In this document: in pieces, positions 39,928-49,310 of the stretch
How positions within the stretch are numbered: position 1 is the stretch's first letter
Layout: every line of letters starts with the position of its first letter
From: a virus
Lineage: Duplodnaviria; Caudoviricetes
Reading direction: 5' to 3' (one strand)
Virus record (IMG/VR): IMGVR_UViG_3300025867_000005
DNA length: 64,000 nucleotides
Notes under the pieces: model-generated
Told to the model about the DNA's origin: nothing
The model's input: the letters and a program-made list of their open reading frames with translations, nothing else
Database searches by the model: none
Program-made: the position numbers and the translations under genes

Positions 39928-40503
39928 ATGCCTTACATGCTTAACAAAAATTGGCAGGTTATCAAGAAGATCACCGTTCAAAAAGCCATTAAAAAAGTTA
40001 TCAACGGACGCGCTTTGTTCCTCGAAGCGGAAACAGGGCAATTCTTTGATTTTGAACAATGGAAGAATCGTGGAAATTCTCATAAGTCCATCAGATTCGG
40101 AAACGGACAGATTGCCAAGCCGGAGTTCATTGTCCTTACCTGTTATAGCGGTATCGGAATGCGCCCTATCCCTGAAGATCCTAGAATCAGCAGATACAAC
40201 ATCTTTGTCAGAGACGGAGGCTGTTGCATGTATTGCGGATGTAAGTTGAATTGGGGTAAAGGTAGTTTTACCTATGACCACGTTCATCCCCGTTCCAGAG
40301 GTGGCAGAACGGATTGGGATAACATTGTCTTGTGTTGCCACAAGTGCAACCACCATAAAGGCAATAAATATCTTCAAGATTCAGGAATGTCATTGATCAA
40401 TCTCCCGCACAAGCCAAGTGCTAAAGAACTTCGGGAGAAATCTATCAAGATGCGTCAACAAATTTGGAAACAAGAAGATAAGGGGATCGAGAGATTCCTT
40501 TAA
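39928..40503 (+). CDS. HNH endonuclease
   Basis: NIFVRDGGCCMYCG, TYDHVHPRSRGG..W.NIVLCCHKCNHHKG. Confidence 0.9.
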   Translation: MPYMLNKNWQVIKKITVQKAIKKVINGRALFLEAETGQFFDFEQWKNRGNSHKSIRFGNGQIAKPEFIVLTCYSGIGMRPIPEDPRISRYNIFVRDGGCCMYCGCKLNWGKGSFTYDHVHPRSRGGRTDWDNIVLCCHKCNHHKGNKYLQDSGMSLINLPHKPSAKELREKSIKMRQQIWKQEDKGIERFL

Positions 40504-40518
40504 ACAGAAAGGCACAAG

Positions 40519-40761
40519 ATGATTCACGAATTGAATACCTATCAGGATGATGAAGGAAGAATTGTCGTTAAACATACCTGCATATCTGACAGCTCAATGT
40601 TATTCACAGGGAAACAGCGTGTGAAAACTGCGGATATGAAGGAATGGGATTGGGAATTCGCTTTCCCTACGGATGTCCAGACCCTTGAATCCGCCTTTGA
40701 ACGTTTCGACGAAGTCTGTAAACGCAGGCTCGACGAACACAATGAAAAATTCAAGAAATAG
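40519..40761 (+). CDS. Hypothetical protein
   Basis: ORF track, RBS. Confidence 0.55.
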   Translation: MIHELNTYQDDEGRIVVKHTCISDSSMLFTGKQRVKTADMKEWDWEFAFPTDVQTLESAFERFDEVCKRRLDEHNEKFKK

Positions 40762-40770
40762 AATCGGCAC

Positions 40771-41025
40771 ATGAATATCTACGATCTAGCTAATTCAGAA
40801 ATTCCTGAAACAGGGTATCCCTTTTGCTTCTTTGACGGTAGAAAAATGAAGCCTAAGCATCTTTGGTTTAGTCTAAAGATGGAAACCGTGTCTTTCCTTT
40901 GGGAGAACAAGTTTTATTCATTGAAGATTGATGACCCGCTGACAATCGGGGAAGAAGGATATATATTTTCTGAATTGCCTATTGAAACCAAAAGGCCATG
41001 TAAACAAGAAAGGATTTTAACATGA
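40771..41025 (+). CDS. Hypothetical protein
   Basis: ORF track. Confidence 0.5.
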   Translation: MNIYDLANSEIPETGYPFCFFDGRKMKPKHLWFSLKMETVSFLWENKFYSLKIDDPLTIGEEGYIFSELPIETKRPCKQERILT

Positions 41026-41288
41026 ATTCCATGTCGATACAAACTCTCGAAAACGGGAATATCAAAGTCAGATTCAATTATCCGGTTTCAGACACGATTC
41101 AAATCGAAAATCAACAAACCGAACAGATGAAACAGAATATCCACAAGATGTTCCCTCCAAATGTCTATATCCGTTTTGAATATGAAAATAACGGAAGCAA
41201 ACTGACAGGCATTTTTACAGATACAACGGTCGAAGAAATCAAGACGGCGCTTGTGAAATACTTCCCGTTTGTGCTTATCAAAGGTTAA
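41022..41288 (+). CDS. Hypothetical protein
   Basis: ATGA overlap, RBS. Confidence 0.55.
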   Translation: MNSMSIQTLENGNIKVRFNYPVSDTIQIENQQTEQMKQNIHKMFPPNVYIRFEYENNGSKLTGIFTDTTVEEIKTALVKYFPFVLIKG

Positions 41289-41296
41289 AAAAGAAT

Positions 41297-42022
41297 ATGG
41301 AATTGAAATTTATCGGTGCTGGAAGTTGTTTTAACACCGCATTAGGAAATACGTCAGCATGTCTTCCCGTAGGAAATTCTGCCTTCCTATTGGATTGCGG
41401 GGAATCCGTCTTTCATCAAATTCAAGAAGGCGGCCTTCTGAACGGATTCAAGAATGTAAACGTTTTCATCACGCATAGCCATAGCGACCATTGCGGAAGC
41501 CTTTCAAGTCTTCTCTTCTATTGCTATTATGTCTTGAAAGCCAAGCCAAGAGTCTTTGCTCCACAAGCTGTTTTCCAAATCCTTGACCTTCAGGGAAGTT
41601 TTCCCGAAGCATATGAAAAGAACGTATTGGAATACGGTAAGAAAGAAACGTTCCAAACCGACCTCCTAAGCCCTTCAGGACTTGTGAACATCACCGTTTA
41701 CCCGATGAAAGAAAGTCATGCTGACCTTGAATCTTTCGGGTTCCTATTTGCTGACAGCATCGGAGACTGTTTTTATTACAGCGGGGATTCGAAAGAACTC
41801 CGTCCGAATATCCTTTCTCTTTTCAGAAAAAACCAAATCAAGAGAATCTATCATGATTGCAGTTGGGTTGACTATCCTGACAGCGTACATCTTTCATACA
41901 ATAAACTTTGTCAAATCATAACAGACCCGAAGGAAAGGGAACGGGTTGTTTTGATGCATTTTGATAAAGGTTTTAATTTCGAACAGGCCAAACATGATGG
42001 ATGGTCTTTCCCGACAGCATAG
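41297..42022 (+). CDS. Metallo-beta-lactamase-fold hydrolase (RNase Z-like)
   Basis: LLDCGE, ITHSHSDH, YYSGD, VHL, LMHFD. Confidence 0.85.
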   Translation: MELKFIGAGSCFNTALGNTSACLPVGNSAFLLDCGESVFHQIQEGGLLNGFKNVNVFITHSHSDHCGSLSSLLFYCYYVLKAKPRVFAPQAVFQILDLQGSFPEAYEKNVLEYGKKETFQTDLLSPSGLVNITVYPMKESHADLESFGFLFADSIGDCFYYSGDSKELRPNILSLFRKNQIKRIYHDCSWVDYPDSVHLSYNKLCQIITDPKERERVVLMHFDKGFNFEQAKHDGWSFPTA

Positions 42023-42057
42023 AACCTTCTTTAACACCGATAAAGGATTTATAAACA

Positions 42058-42387
42058 ATGGCGAAAAGAAAGAACACAAAGAAAGAACAGGCAGTGACAA
42101 GAAACAAGAAACCGGTAGGACAGGACTTGTTTAAACTGATAACTGAAAAACTTGGACGTGAATTGACTGACGAAGAAACTGAAATCATTACGGAATCCGC
42201 AAAGCTTTTCGTGGCAGATACCTTTCTCCCGAATATTGTATTTGACAAGGAACTCCTTAAAGAAGTCGTCTTGTCAAACGAAATCGTCACAAAAGATGAT
42301 TTTGAAGACTTTGATGAGGAAGATGATTTTGAAGACAAGCCTTATAGCAGCTTTGACATTTTCAAAACGGGAGATGAATATGAATAG
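42058..42387 (+). CDS. Hypothetical acidic-tail protein
   Basis: RBS; DE-rich C-terminus. Confidence 0.6.
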   Translation: MAKRKNTKKEQAVTRNKKPVGQDLFKLITEKLGRELTDEETEIITESAKLFVADTFLPNIVFDKELLKEVVLSNEIVTKDDFEDFDEEDDFEDKPYSSFDIFKTGDEYE

Positions 42388-42874
42388 CCAAAAGAGCCTT
42401 CACAACGTCTTGACAATGCTTTTCTATTACCTTCCTGAAAACATCGCTTTCAACAGTTTGGAAAAGATGGCTAACTTGATGAAAGCTGAAGTATTTAAGT
42501 CGAAATACAACAAGATCATTTCCCCTGATGAAATCAGCGCCACAGCGATTCTTGAGGTTATCAAAGACCTTGGAAAGAATTTCGTCACTTTGAAAACGTC
42601 AAAAGACAGGGTTTTACTAAAGACCACTCCTGAATTCAAAGCGATCGTAAGTGGGCTTATCATTAAAGCAAGCCCTACATATGTCAATCGGATTAAAGAC
42701 TTGTCAAGAATTTTGTTCCGAAACGCTGATTTTTCTTCGAATCAAATCGTTAAGAAAGAAGCCAAGGAAAGCGACAGGGTACTTGAAGTCATGAATTCAT
42801 TGGCTGATAAGACGGGAGAAATCTATTCCTTGATAAACAGGCTCTACGGTATTCTGAAAGACAACGGACTATGA
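42380..42874 (+). CDS. Hypothetical protein
   Basis: gggag RBS before the ATG. Confidence 0.55.
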   Translation: MNSQKSLHNVLTMLFYYLPENIAFNSLEKMANLMKAEVFKSKYNKIISPDEISATAILEVIKDLGKNFVTLKTSKDRVLLKTTPEFKAIVSGLIIKASPTYVNRIKDLSRILFRNADFSSNQIVKKEAKESDRVLEVMNSLADKTGEIYSLINRLYGILKDNGL

Positions 42875-43218
42875 GGGAAGTGAAAGATATCATCTATTGG
42901 TTTCTGACCCGTTCGATATTCATCTTCCTGATGTTTTCATACCTCAGATCAGAGAATAAGGTTTCAGGATGCTTTTTCATCCCGATTCTATTATATTGCG
43001 GAATCTGCATGCTAACAAGAATGGCTTGCCTCAGAAACATAAGAATGCGCTTCGCAGATCTTGCCATGTTTGTCCTTGACCTAATTCCTTCAATCGCGCT
43101 GATGACGCTTGTAGAACCGTGTTTTAAGGTCGTTACGGAAGTGTTCATCTCTTCCTACTATTTCACGATGTATCTTAAACTTCTTTTCAGAAAGATGTCA
43201 GTAGGGGATTGGAAATGA
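42871..43218 (+). CDS. Putative membrane protein
   Basis: 3-4 hydrophobic segments. Confidence 0.55.
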   Translation: MREVKDIIYWFLTRSIFIFLMFSYLRSENKVSGCFFIPILLYCGICMLTRMACLRNIRMRFADLAMFVLDLIPSIALMTLVEPCFKVVTEVFISSYYFTMYLKLLFRKMSVGDWK

Positions 43219-43769
43219 AGACCCACGTAATAGGAGATAACCATTTCTACCATGCGAATATCATCCGCTATTGTGACAGACATCCGGAAAACCGGAAAGA
43301 CAGATTCTTTGACGTTGAAGAAATGAACGAATATATGATATCGGCTTGGAACCAGACGGTAGACAGGAATGATGAAGTCATACATGCCGGTGACTTCGCC
43401 CTATGTCGCTATTATGATCAGCTTGAAGCCGTCTTCAAACGCCTAAACGGAAGAATTTCCCTGATATTGGGGAATCACGATTGCCATTCCAAATTGACGA
43501 AAGAAAGACTTTATCGGGTGGGATTCCAAAGGATAGAAGAAAAGGAAATCATTCTACGGGATCAGAAAATCATCATCACGCACCAACCGATTCGAAACCC
43601 AGATCCTGATTGGTTCAATATCCACGGTCATATCCATGACAAGAAATCCTTACTCCCTAACCAGTTCAATGTAAGTGTGGAACAAAATAATTACCGTCCG
43701 TTTCTATTACAGGATATCATTGACAATTTCGCTAAACCGTATTTTATGAAAGGAACCACAAATGCCTAG
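43209..43769 (+). CDS. Calcineurin-like phosphoesterase
   Basis: GDNHFYHANII, HAGDF, GNHD, THQP, NIHGHIH. Confidence 0.88.
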   Translation: MEMKTHVIGDNHFYHANIIRYCDRHPENRKDRFFDVEEMNEYMISAWNQTVDRNDEVIHAGDFALCRYYDQLEAVFKRLNGRISLILGNHDCHSKLTKERLYRVGFQRIEEKEIILRDQKIIITHQPIRNPDPDWFNIHGHIHDKKSLLPNQFNVSVEQNNYRPFLLQDIIDNFAKPYFMKGTTNA

Positions 43770-44433
43770 ACAAGAAGAAGAGGAAGAAATCGTTATGCCG
43801 CAGTTCGTTCTGCCCCAATCCGATTACCTGACAAGATCCAGAATCATCTATTTCAACACAGAATTCAACCAAATCAGCGCAAGATCCTGTATCGAAAGAC
43901 TTTTGATTATGGACGCCGAAAGCATTCATGACGATATCACCTTGCTTATCGACAGCAACGGGGGCGATGTCTATTCTTTCTTTGCCATTTATGACACCAT
44001 CACCAAGCTTATCCACTGCGATGTCGCTACCGTCTGTTTGGGACGCGCTATGTCTTGCGGCCAAATGCTCCTGATGTCGGGAACCAAAGGCAAACGTTTC
44101 ATCACTGAAAATTCAAATGTCATGATGCACCAGATCAGTTCAGGAACCATAGGCAAAATTTCAGAAATGGAAAACCATGTCCAAATGGTACAGAATCTGA
44201 TGAAAACATTTGAGAAAATCATCCTCAAACACTCTAAGATAAAGAAGACAGAACTTTCAAGATTGATGTCCAGAGATGCCTATATGTCCCCTGAAGAAGT
44301 CATAGAATACGGAATCTGTGACCATATCATCAAAAAACCATCCGACCTTTATTCCCATCTCGTTACCAAAAACATCAAAACACGCAACGTCATCGATAAA
44401 ATGGTAGACGAATCAAAAGTAGAAAGAACATAA
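43762..44433 (+). CDS. clpP: ClpP-family protease
   Basis: IDSNGG, AIYDT, AMSCG (Ser), MMHQ (His), RDAYMS (Asp), YGICD. Confidence 0.9.
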   Translation: MPRQEEEEEIVMPQFVLPQSDYLTRSRIIYFNTEFNQISARSCIERLLIMDAESIHDDITLLIDSNGGDVYSFFAIYDTITKLIHCDVATVCLGRAMSCGQMLLMSGTKGKRFITENSNVMMHQISSGTIGKISEMENHVQMVQNLMKTFEKIILKHSKIKKTELSRLMSRDAYMSPEEVIEYGICDHIIKKPSDLYSHLVTKNIKTRNVIDKMVDESKVERT

Positions 44434-44436
44434 GCA

Positions 44437-45318
44437 ATGGATACAATGGATACAACCTATATCTTTTACCACAAGGCCGACCACGACGGCTGTTTAAGCG
44501 CTTTCCTTGTAAAGGATTGGCTTGATAAACAAAACAGGAAATACTGCCTGATGCCTTGCGACTACGGCTGTGAACCGTATGACAGACTTGAAGAAATCAA
44601 AGGAAATCAGGTTTTCCTCCTTGACTTTTGTTTTGAAAAAGAAGGTGTCATGCAAAGAATTAAAGACGATTCTAAGTCCTTCATATGGATAGACCACCAC
44701 CAAAAAGCAATCCAAATGTTTCAGGACTTGAATATACAGGGATTACAGACAAAAGAAGAAAGCGCTTGCATGTTGACTTTCCGATATCTGTATCCCGATA
44801 CAAGGATGCCTGAAGCCGTTGAAAGAATAGGCTTGTTCGATTGTTGGAAACACGAAGACAGGAAGGAAATCATCGGGTTTGAATACTATCTGCAAAGCAG
44901 AGAATTGCCTCCTGACGGCATGGAATGGCAATTTATCCTTACCCTTAATTCTGAAGATTGTGACGAATACTCTAATTTCGGTTGGGTATCTTATCGCAAG
45001 GACCAAATTCTGAATAAAAAAATCCTTGAAGACTTTAGCTTCGAAACAGTTTTACACGGATATAAAATCCTCGCCGTCAATACCCAAACCAAGGGAAGCC
45101 TTGGCTTCGGAACCCGATTGAAAGAATATGACTTCTGTATCTCTTTTGTCTTTACAGGGAAGTTGTGGAAATACTCAGTCTACAGCAGTTCTAACGATTG
45201 CGCCGAATTCAGCCATAGGTTTTACGGCGGCGGCGGACATAAGGGAGCCGCAGGTTTTCAAACATCTGTACTTGTATTGAACCCGTTAACAATGAAAGAA
45301 GGTAACGATGGGAAATAA
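44437..45318 (+). CDS. DHH-family phosphoesterase
   Basis: YHKADHDG, LLDF, IDHH, GGGHKGAAGF. Confidence 0.88.
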   Translation: MDTMDTTYIFYHKADHDGCLSAFLVKDWLDKQNRKYCLMPCDYGCEPYDRLEEIKGNQVFLLDFCFEKEGVMQRIKDDSKSFIWIDHHQKAIQMFQDLNIQGLQTKEESACMLTFRYLYPDTRMPEAVERIGLFDCWKHEDRKEIIGFEYYLQSRELPPDGMEWQFILTLNSEDCDEYSNFGWVSYRKDQILNKKILEDFSFETVLHGYKILAVNTQTKGSLGFGTRLKEYDFCISFVFTGKLWKYSVYSSSNDCAEFSHRFYGGGGHKGAAGFQTSVLVLNPLTMKEGNDGK

Positions 45319-46111
45319 AATCTTCCTTCCCGATGGCTCACCCCTGATCCTGACAACAGGAAGCGCAAAAGATGTAGGGGATGGCAATCATACATTCGGT
45401 GAATTGTACGAACACCGTATACTCCTGTATATGGCTTGGCTTAAATCCCTCCCCAAAGATATGGCTTGGAAAAGCCTTAGACATCATTCCTCCAACGGCA
45501 ATGAAGAACCGATGTTTAAAGATTCCTTTATCTCAGGATTGAATATCCCAGGCCTCCAAGGAATAGATCAACAAATCAGTTACCATATCCCCCTTAGATA
45601 TTTCGACATCTGCCCTGGTAAAGAATTGAAACAGGCACCGGTTTGGGATCAGCATTCCAGCTTCGATGTCTTAGACCGACTACTCGAATATGTAGCAAAT
45701 CCAAAAACAAATTTTGATGCAGATTTCATTCCCGACGGCAACCCCAGGACTTGGATCGGTTTTGACCTCGACGGAACACTAGCAAGATATGACAAAGAAC
45801 AGGCAGTCAATCCCTTGACAGGCAGATACGACGGGCTTTGGATCGGCCAACCGATACCCGAAACCGTAAAACTTGCAAGGTATTGGATCAATAAGGGCGT
45901 GGAAATCCGAATCCTTACCGCTAGAGTATCGGCACTCCCTTTCTTGGAAAAACCGATACAGGAACAACAGGTCGTCTCTAAAATACAGGATTGGTGCCTA
46001 CTGCACTTGGGTAAAATAATCCCCATTACTTGTAAGAAAGACAAAAACATGTTCTGTCTCTATGACGATAGAACCATTCAGCTTATCAAGAATACAGGGA
46101 TACGGAAATAG
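45308..46111 (+). CDS. Fusion: WDGH-like N-terminal domain plus HAD phosphatase (PNK 3'-phosphatase-like)
   Basis: DGNHTFGELYEHR...ISYHIP...WDQH, then GFDLDGTLA...ILTAR...LYDDR. Confidence 0.7.
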   Translation: MGNKIFLPDGSPLILTTGSAKDVGDGNHTFGELYEHRILLYMAWLKSLPKDMAWKSLRHHSSNGNEEPMFKDSFISGLNIPGLQGIDQQISYHIPLRYFDICPGKELKQAPVWDQHSSFDVLDRLLEYVANPKTNFDADFIPDGNPRTWIGFDLDGTLARYDKEQAVNPLTGRYDGLWIGQPIPETVKLARYWINKGVEIRILTARVSALPFLEKPIQEQQVVSKIQDWCLLHLGKIIPITCKKDKNMFCLYDDRTIQLIKNTGIRK

Positions 46112-46136
46112 TCCATAAGAATATAACTACCAAGTT

Positions 46137-46193
46137 GGGGTCATTAGACCCCCCAGGGTCTAACAACAGGGTCTAACAACAGGGTCTAACAAC
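46137..46193 (+). repeat. 3x 13 bp tandem repeat CAGGGTCTAACAA with an adjacent inverted copy
   Basis: Copies at 46154, 46167, 46180; TTAGACCC (46144) pairs with GGGTCTAA. Confidence 0.95.
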
Positions 46194-46336
46194 TATTTTT
46201 GTCTAGCCTAAGCCCATTGAAACATAACCTTCTGTGTCAAAGACTACCAATAGGTCTAACATCAACCTATAGTGATTCCAAACTTCAATTATACCATATA
46301 TCCACAAACCCTAAACCCCATAAACCCCCACGAAAA

Positions 46337-46410
46337 CCCCCTTGAAAACCCCCAAATCCATAGAACCCATAGAACCCATAGAACCCCCCTTGAATACCCC
46401 CTTGAATACC
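46337..46410 (+). repeat. C-rich tandem repeats: 3x CCATAGAAC and 3x CCCCCTTGAA(T/A)A
   Basis: CCATAGAAC at 46358, 46367, 46376; CCCCCTTGAA at 46337, 46385, 46397. Confidence 0.9.
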
Positions 46411-46453
46411 CCACTAATCAGCCCTTTGTCAAGCAAAATATTTCGTTTTTTAA

Positions 46454-46500
46454 CTGTTGACAGATTTTCTGTTGACAGATATCTTAATCTGTTGACAGAT
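46454..46500 (+). repeat. 3x CTGTTGACAGAT
   Basis: Copies at 46454, 46469, 46489. Confidence 0.95.
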
Positions 46501-46876
46501 TTTCTATTTTGTCAAGTCTTTTTTACCTTACAGACACTAGATTTTTAAGTAATAGTCGTTAGTGTCTATACATAAAGGTTAATTATTCTTTTCTCCATTG
46601 TTGTCAAGATGAAAATAATCCCTTGTGTCAATATACATAAAGATGTATATTCAGTTATCAAGCCTAGATTTTTCTTTTCTAGAGAAGAATAGAGTCCGTA
46701 AATGAAAAGCTTCTTTTGCTTGACAAAAGAATAGGATACCTGGAATCCTATTGTCAAACAGATTCCTTTTCTGAAAGAGAAGAAATAGGACGGCTAATTT
46801 AAAATTTACTTGACAAAAGTAAAAAAGGGTCTGTTATACGTAACTGAAAATTCCAGAATTTGGAATTTCGATTAGT

Positions 46877-46937
46877 CAGTGGATACATCTATCCAGTGGA
46901 TACATCTGTTCAGAGAATACATCTATCCAGTGGGTAC
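46877..46937 (+). repeat. Iteron-like 17 bp tandem repeat CAGTGGATACATCTATC, about 3.5 copies
   Basis: Copies at 46877, 46894, 46911; partial copy at 46928. Confidence 0.9.
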
Positions 46938-46966
46938 TTGACAGGTTCCGGGGTATATGGTATTTT
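46938..46966 (+). promoter_or_regulatory. sigma70-type promoter directly after the 17 bp repeats
   Basis: TTGACA-17 bp-TATTTT with TGg extension. Confidence 0.55.
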
Positions 46967-47024
46967 GTTGTCAAATCTTAAAGGGAAGATTTCTTTTAAG
47001 GAAACCAGATTATCTGAAAGGAAG

Positions 47025-47216
47025 ATGTTATGTCTTACGCTGCTTGCCTACTGGGTTAAGAAAAACGGCGGGCTTGGAGACTACATTTGTCGGGAGAAGA
47101 TGACGGATGAGGAGAATGGTATGCGCTGGCTTAGAATTCAATGTGAACCGCACAGTGTCAAGATGTTTTTGGAAGGTTGTCAGAAATTCGGGTATGCCGT
47201 GCTCAATTGCTGGTAA
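47025..47216 (+). CDS. Hypothetical protein
   Basis: aagga RBS before the ATG at 47025. Confidence 0.45.
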   Translation: MLCLTLLAYWVKKNGGLGDYICREKMTDEENGMRWLRIQCEPHSVKMFLEGCQKFGYAVLNCW

Positions 47217-47406
47217 CGTTATAAAGTAGGTAGGGTAGGAGAGATAAGACAAACGAAATCAATACGGCGATGGCGAATCTGTTAATCGAGGCTTTTAGCT
47301 GTTGCAGGTGTCACTTCGTTTTATTTAAGAATGTTCCTGCGAATGTGCGGAAAGCGGGAGATCAAATCATCACTGACGGTCAGGAAGACATTGGAAGGTA
47401 TTGTGA

Positions 47407-48021
47407 ATGATTAAGAATCTGGGGATATTAGGCGGTAGTTTCAATCCCGTACATCTAGGACACCTTGGGATTGCAACTTCGGTTTTAGGTCAAGGTATCG
47501 ACAAGGTTTTGTTTCTTCCCGACAATGTTTCTCCTTTCAAGGTTTCAGGTGTTAAGCCTTTAGAAGATATGTCAAGGCATCGGTTAGAAATGCTTAAGCT
47601 TTGTTGTGTCGGCAATCCGTTATTCGGGATCGAGACGATGGAAATCCATACAGATGTTGTCAGTTATACCTATGTCACTTTACAGAAACTAAAGGAGAAA
47701 TACGGAGAACACATTTCCTTTATTTTAGGTTTAGATTCTCTGTTGTCTTTGCATCTTTGGTACAGGAGCCAGGAATTGGTCCGGGAATGTGATTTCATTA
47801 CGGTTTTACGGCCTGGGGTCGAGCGTCCCGTTGGATTGCCGGGTTTTCCCAAGGATATTGAAGACCGGTTGTTATCCCGGATTATCGAACCGAAAGGAAG
47901 ATATGACATCAGTTCCACGATTATCAGGGAGAAGATAAGGAAACAGGAATCCCTGCGGGGTTTGGTTCCTTTAGCCGTAGAAGAGTATATCAAGGCCAAT
48001 CATTTATATCTTGACCCTTGA
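47407..48021 (+). CDS. nadD: Nicotinate/nicotinamide mononucleotide adenylyltransferase
   Basis: GGSFNPVHLGH, SPFK, SYT, LGLDSL...W, ISSTIIR. Confidence 0.93.
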   Translation: MIKNLGILGGSFNPVHLGHLGIATSVLGQGIDKVLFLPDNVSPFKVSGVKPLEDMSRHRLEMLKLCCVGNPLFGIETMEIHTDVVSYTYVTLQKLKEKYGEHISFILGLDSLLSLHLWYRSQELVRECDFITVLRPGVERPVGLPGFPKDIEDRLLSRIIEPKGRYDISSTIIREKIRKQESLRGLVPLAVEEYIKANHLYLDP

Positions 48022-48115
48022 CAACTTCAGGTGTTTTTGCTGTATTGCCAAGTATCAAAAGGAAAACTTGGGTTTCCGAATGAGAACCACAAGTTTGTAA
48101 AGAAAGGAAGGTATT

Positions 48116-48433
48116 ATGTTATATCCGTGTTTCGTCGCGAGGTTTATTCTTCGTTATCAAAAGTGGAAACAGCCATACGCGGAGTTAAAGCACAGGCGTC
48201 GTTATAACCAAGGTGTTTATGTCGATGTTGTTAAAAAGATCAAGATGTCGGTAAGGGACGGGAAAACCTTTTGTTACGAAATCGGTCTTTCAGAACATAC
48301 GGTAAAATATCTTCGGAAGAAGCTTATGCGCAGGGGTTACGATGTCGGGATTTACGATATCAATGGCAAGTATCTTGTCGAAGGTGAAATCAAAAACACA
48401 GAAACATATTCTATTTGTGTCAATTGGGAGTAA
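48116..48433 (+). CDS. Hypothetical protein
   Basis: RBS; lies between nadD and nadE. Confidence 0.55.
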   Translation: MLYPCFVARFILRYQKWKQPYAELKHRRRYNQGVYVDVVKKIKMSVRDGKTFCYEIGLSEHTVKYLRKKLMRRGYDVGIYDINGKYLVEGEIKNTETYSICVNWE

Positions 48434-48450
48434 GGAAAGAGGTAGAGATA

Positions 48451-49236
48451 ATGGAAACAGATTTGAAGAATCAGATTGTTACGTGGATCAAGGATTGGTT
48501 TAAGACCAACGGAGACGGATGTCATGCTGTTATCGGGATCAGCGGAGGGAAAGATAGTAGTGTTGTAGCCGCTCTCTGTGTGGAAGCCTTGGGTAAGGAC
48601 AGGGTACTCGGTGTCTTGATGCCTAACCGCAGGCAGGATGATATTGATTGCAGTTATAAGCTGGTAGAACATTTGGGAATCCAACATCTGCTGGTGGATA
48701 TCGGGAATGCTTATGAAGCTTTGACGAACAGCATTGACAAGGCAATGATTGATGTCAATTACAGCAATGCGGTTCAAAACAATCCTTCCGCGAAACCGTA
48801 TGATTTCAATTCCGTGTATTGGAACAACACACCGGCTAGATTGCGCATGACCACTCTTTACGGTATTGCCGCCTGTGTCAACGGACGTGTTGCGAATACC
48901 TGTAATTTGAGTGAAAACTTCATTTCATATAGCACTAAATTTGGAGATGCGGCCGGTGATTTCAGTCCCCTTAGCGATTTGACTGTTACCGAAGTCAAGG
49001 CTTTGGGATATCAGTTGGGATTGCCCAAGGATTTGATTGAGAAGGTTCCTGCGGATGGAATGTGTGGGCAGACGGACGAAGACAGGCTTGGTTTTACATA
49101 TGCCGTTTTGGACAAGTATATCCGGACGGGAGAAATTGAAGACTTGGAAGTCAAGGTTAGGATTGACAACATGCACGTTGCTGGTTTGCACAAACTCAGG
49201 TATATGGACGGCTTTAAGAAGCCTGAAAGAATTTGA
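48451..49236 (+). CDS. nadE: NH3-dependent NAD+ synthetase
   Basis: GISGGKDSS, NTPARLRM, TCNLSE, TKFGD, QTDEDRLGFTY. Confidence 0.93.
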   Translation: METDLKNQIVTWIKDWFKTNGDGCHAVIGISGGKDSSVVAALCVEALGKDRVLGVLMPNRRQDDIDCSYKLVEHLGIQHLLVDIGNAYEALTNSIDKAMIDVNYSNAVQNNPSAKPYDFNSVYWNNTPARLRMTTLYGIAACVNGRVANTCNLSENFISYSTKFGDAAGDFSPLSDLTVTEVKALGYQLGLPKDLIEKVPADGMCGQTDEDRLGFTYAVLDKYIRTGEIEDLEVKVRIDNMHVAGLHKLRYMDGFKKPERI

Positions 49237-49256
49237 AAGCTTTTCGGACGAGTCTA

Positions 49257-49285
49257 TTGACACCGTGTATCGCTTTTGATATGGT
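49257..49285 (+). promoter_or_regulatory. sigma70-type promoter
   Basis: TTGACA-17 bp-TATGGT with TGa extension. Confidence 0.6.
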
Positions 49286-49310
49286 GTTGGCATTGAAAGG
49301 ATTTTTCGTT

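Noticed and set aside
46272-46757. Track ORFs 46272-46460, 46342-46548 and 46566-46757
   Set aside because: Low-complexity translations of DNA repeats or AT-rich DNA, with no convincing RBS.
46137-46937. CRISPR array
   Set aside because: Repeats are 9-17 bp and mostly tandem without unique spacers. No cas operon; the Cas4-like gene is a solo RecB-family nuclease.
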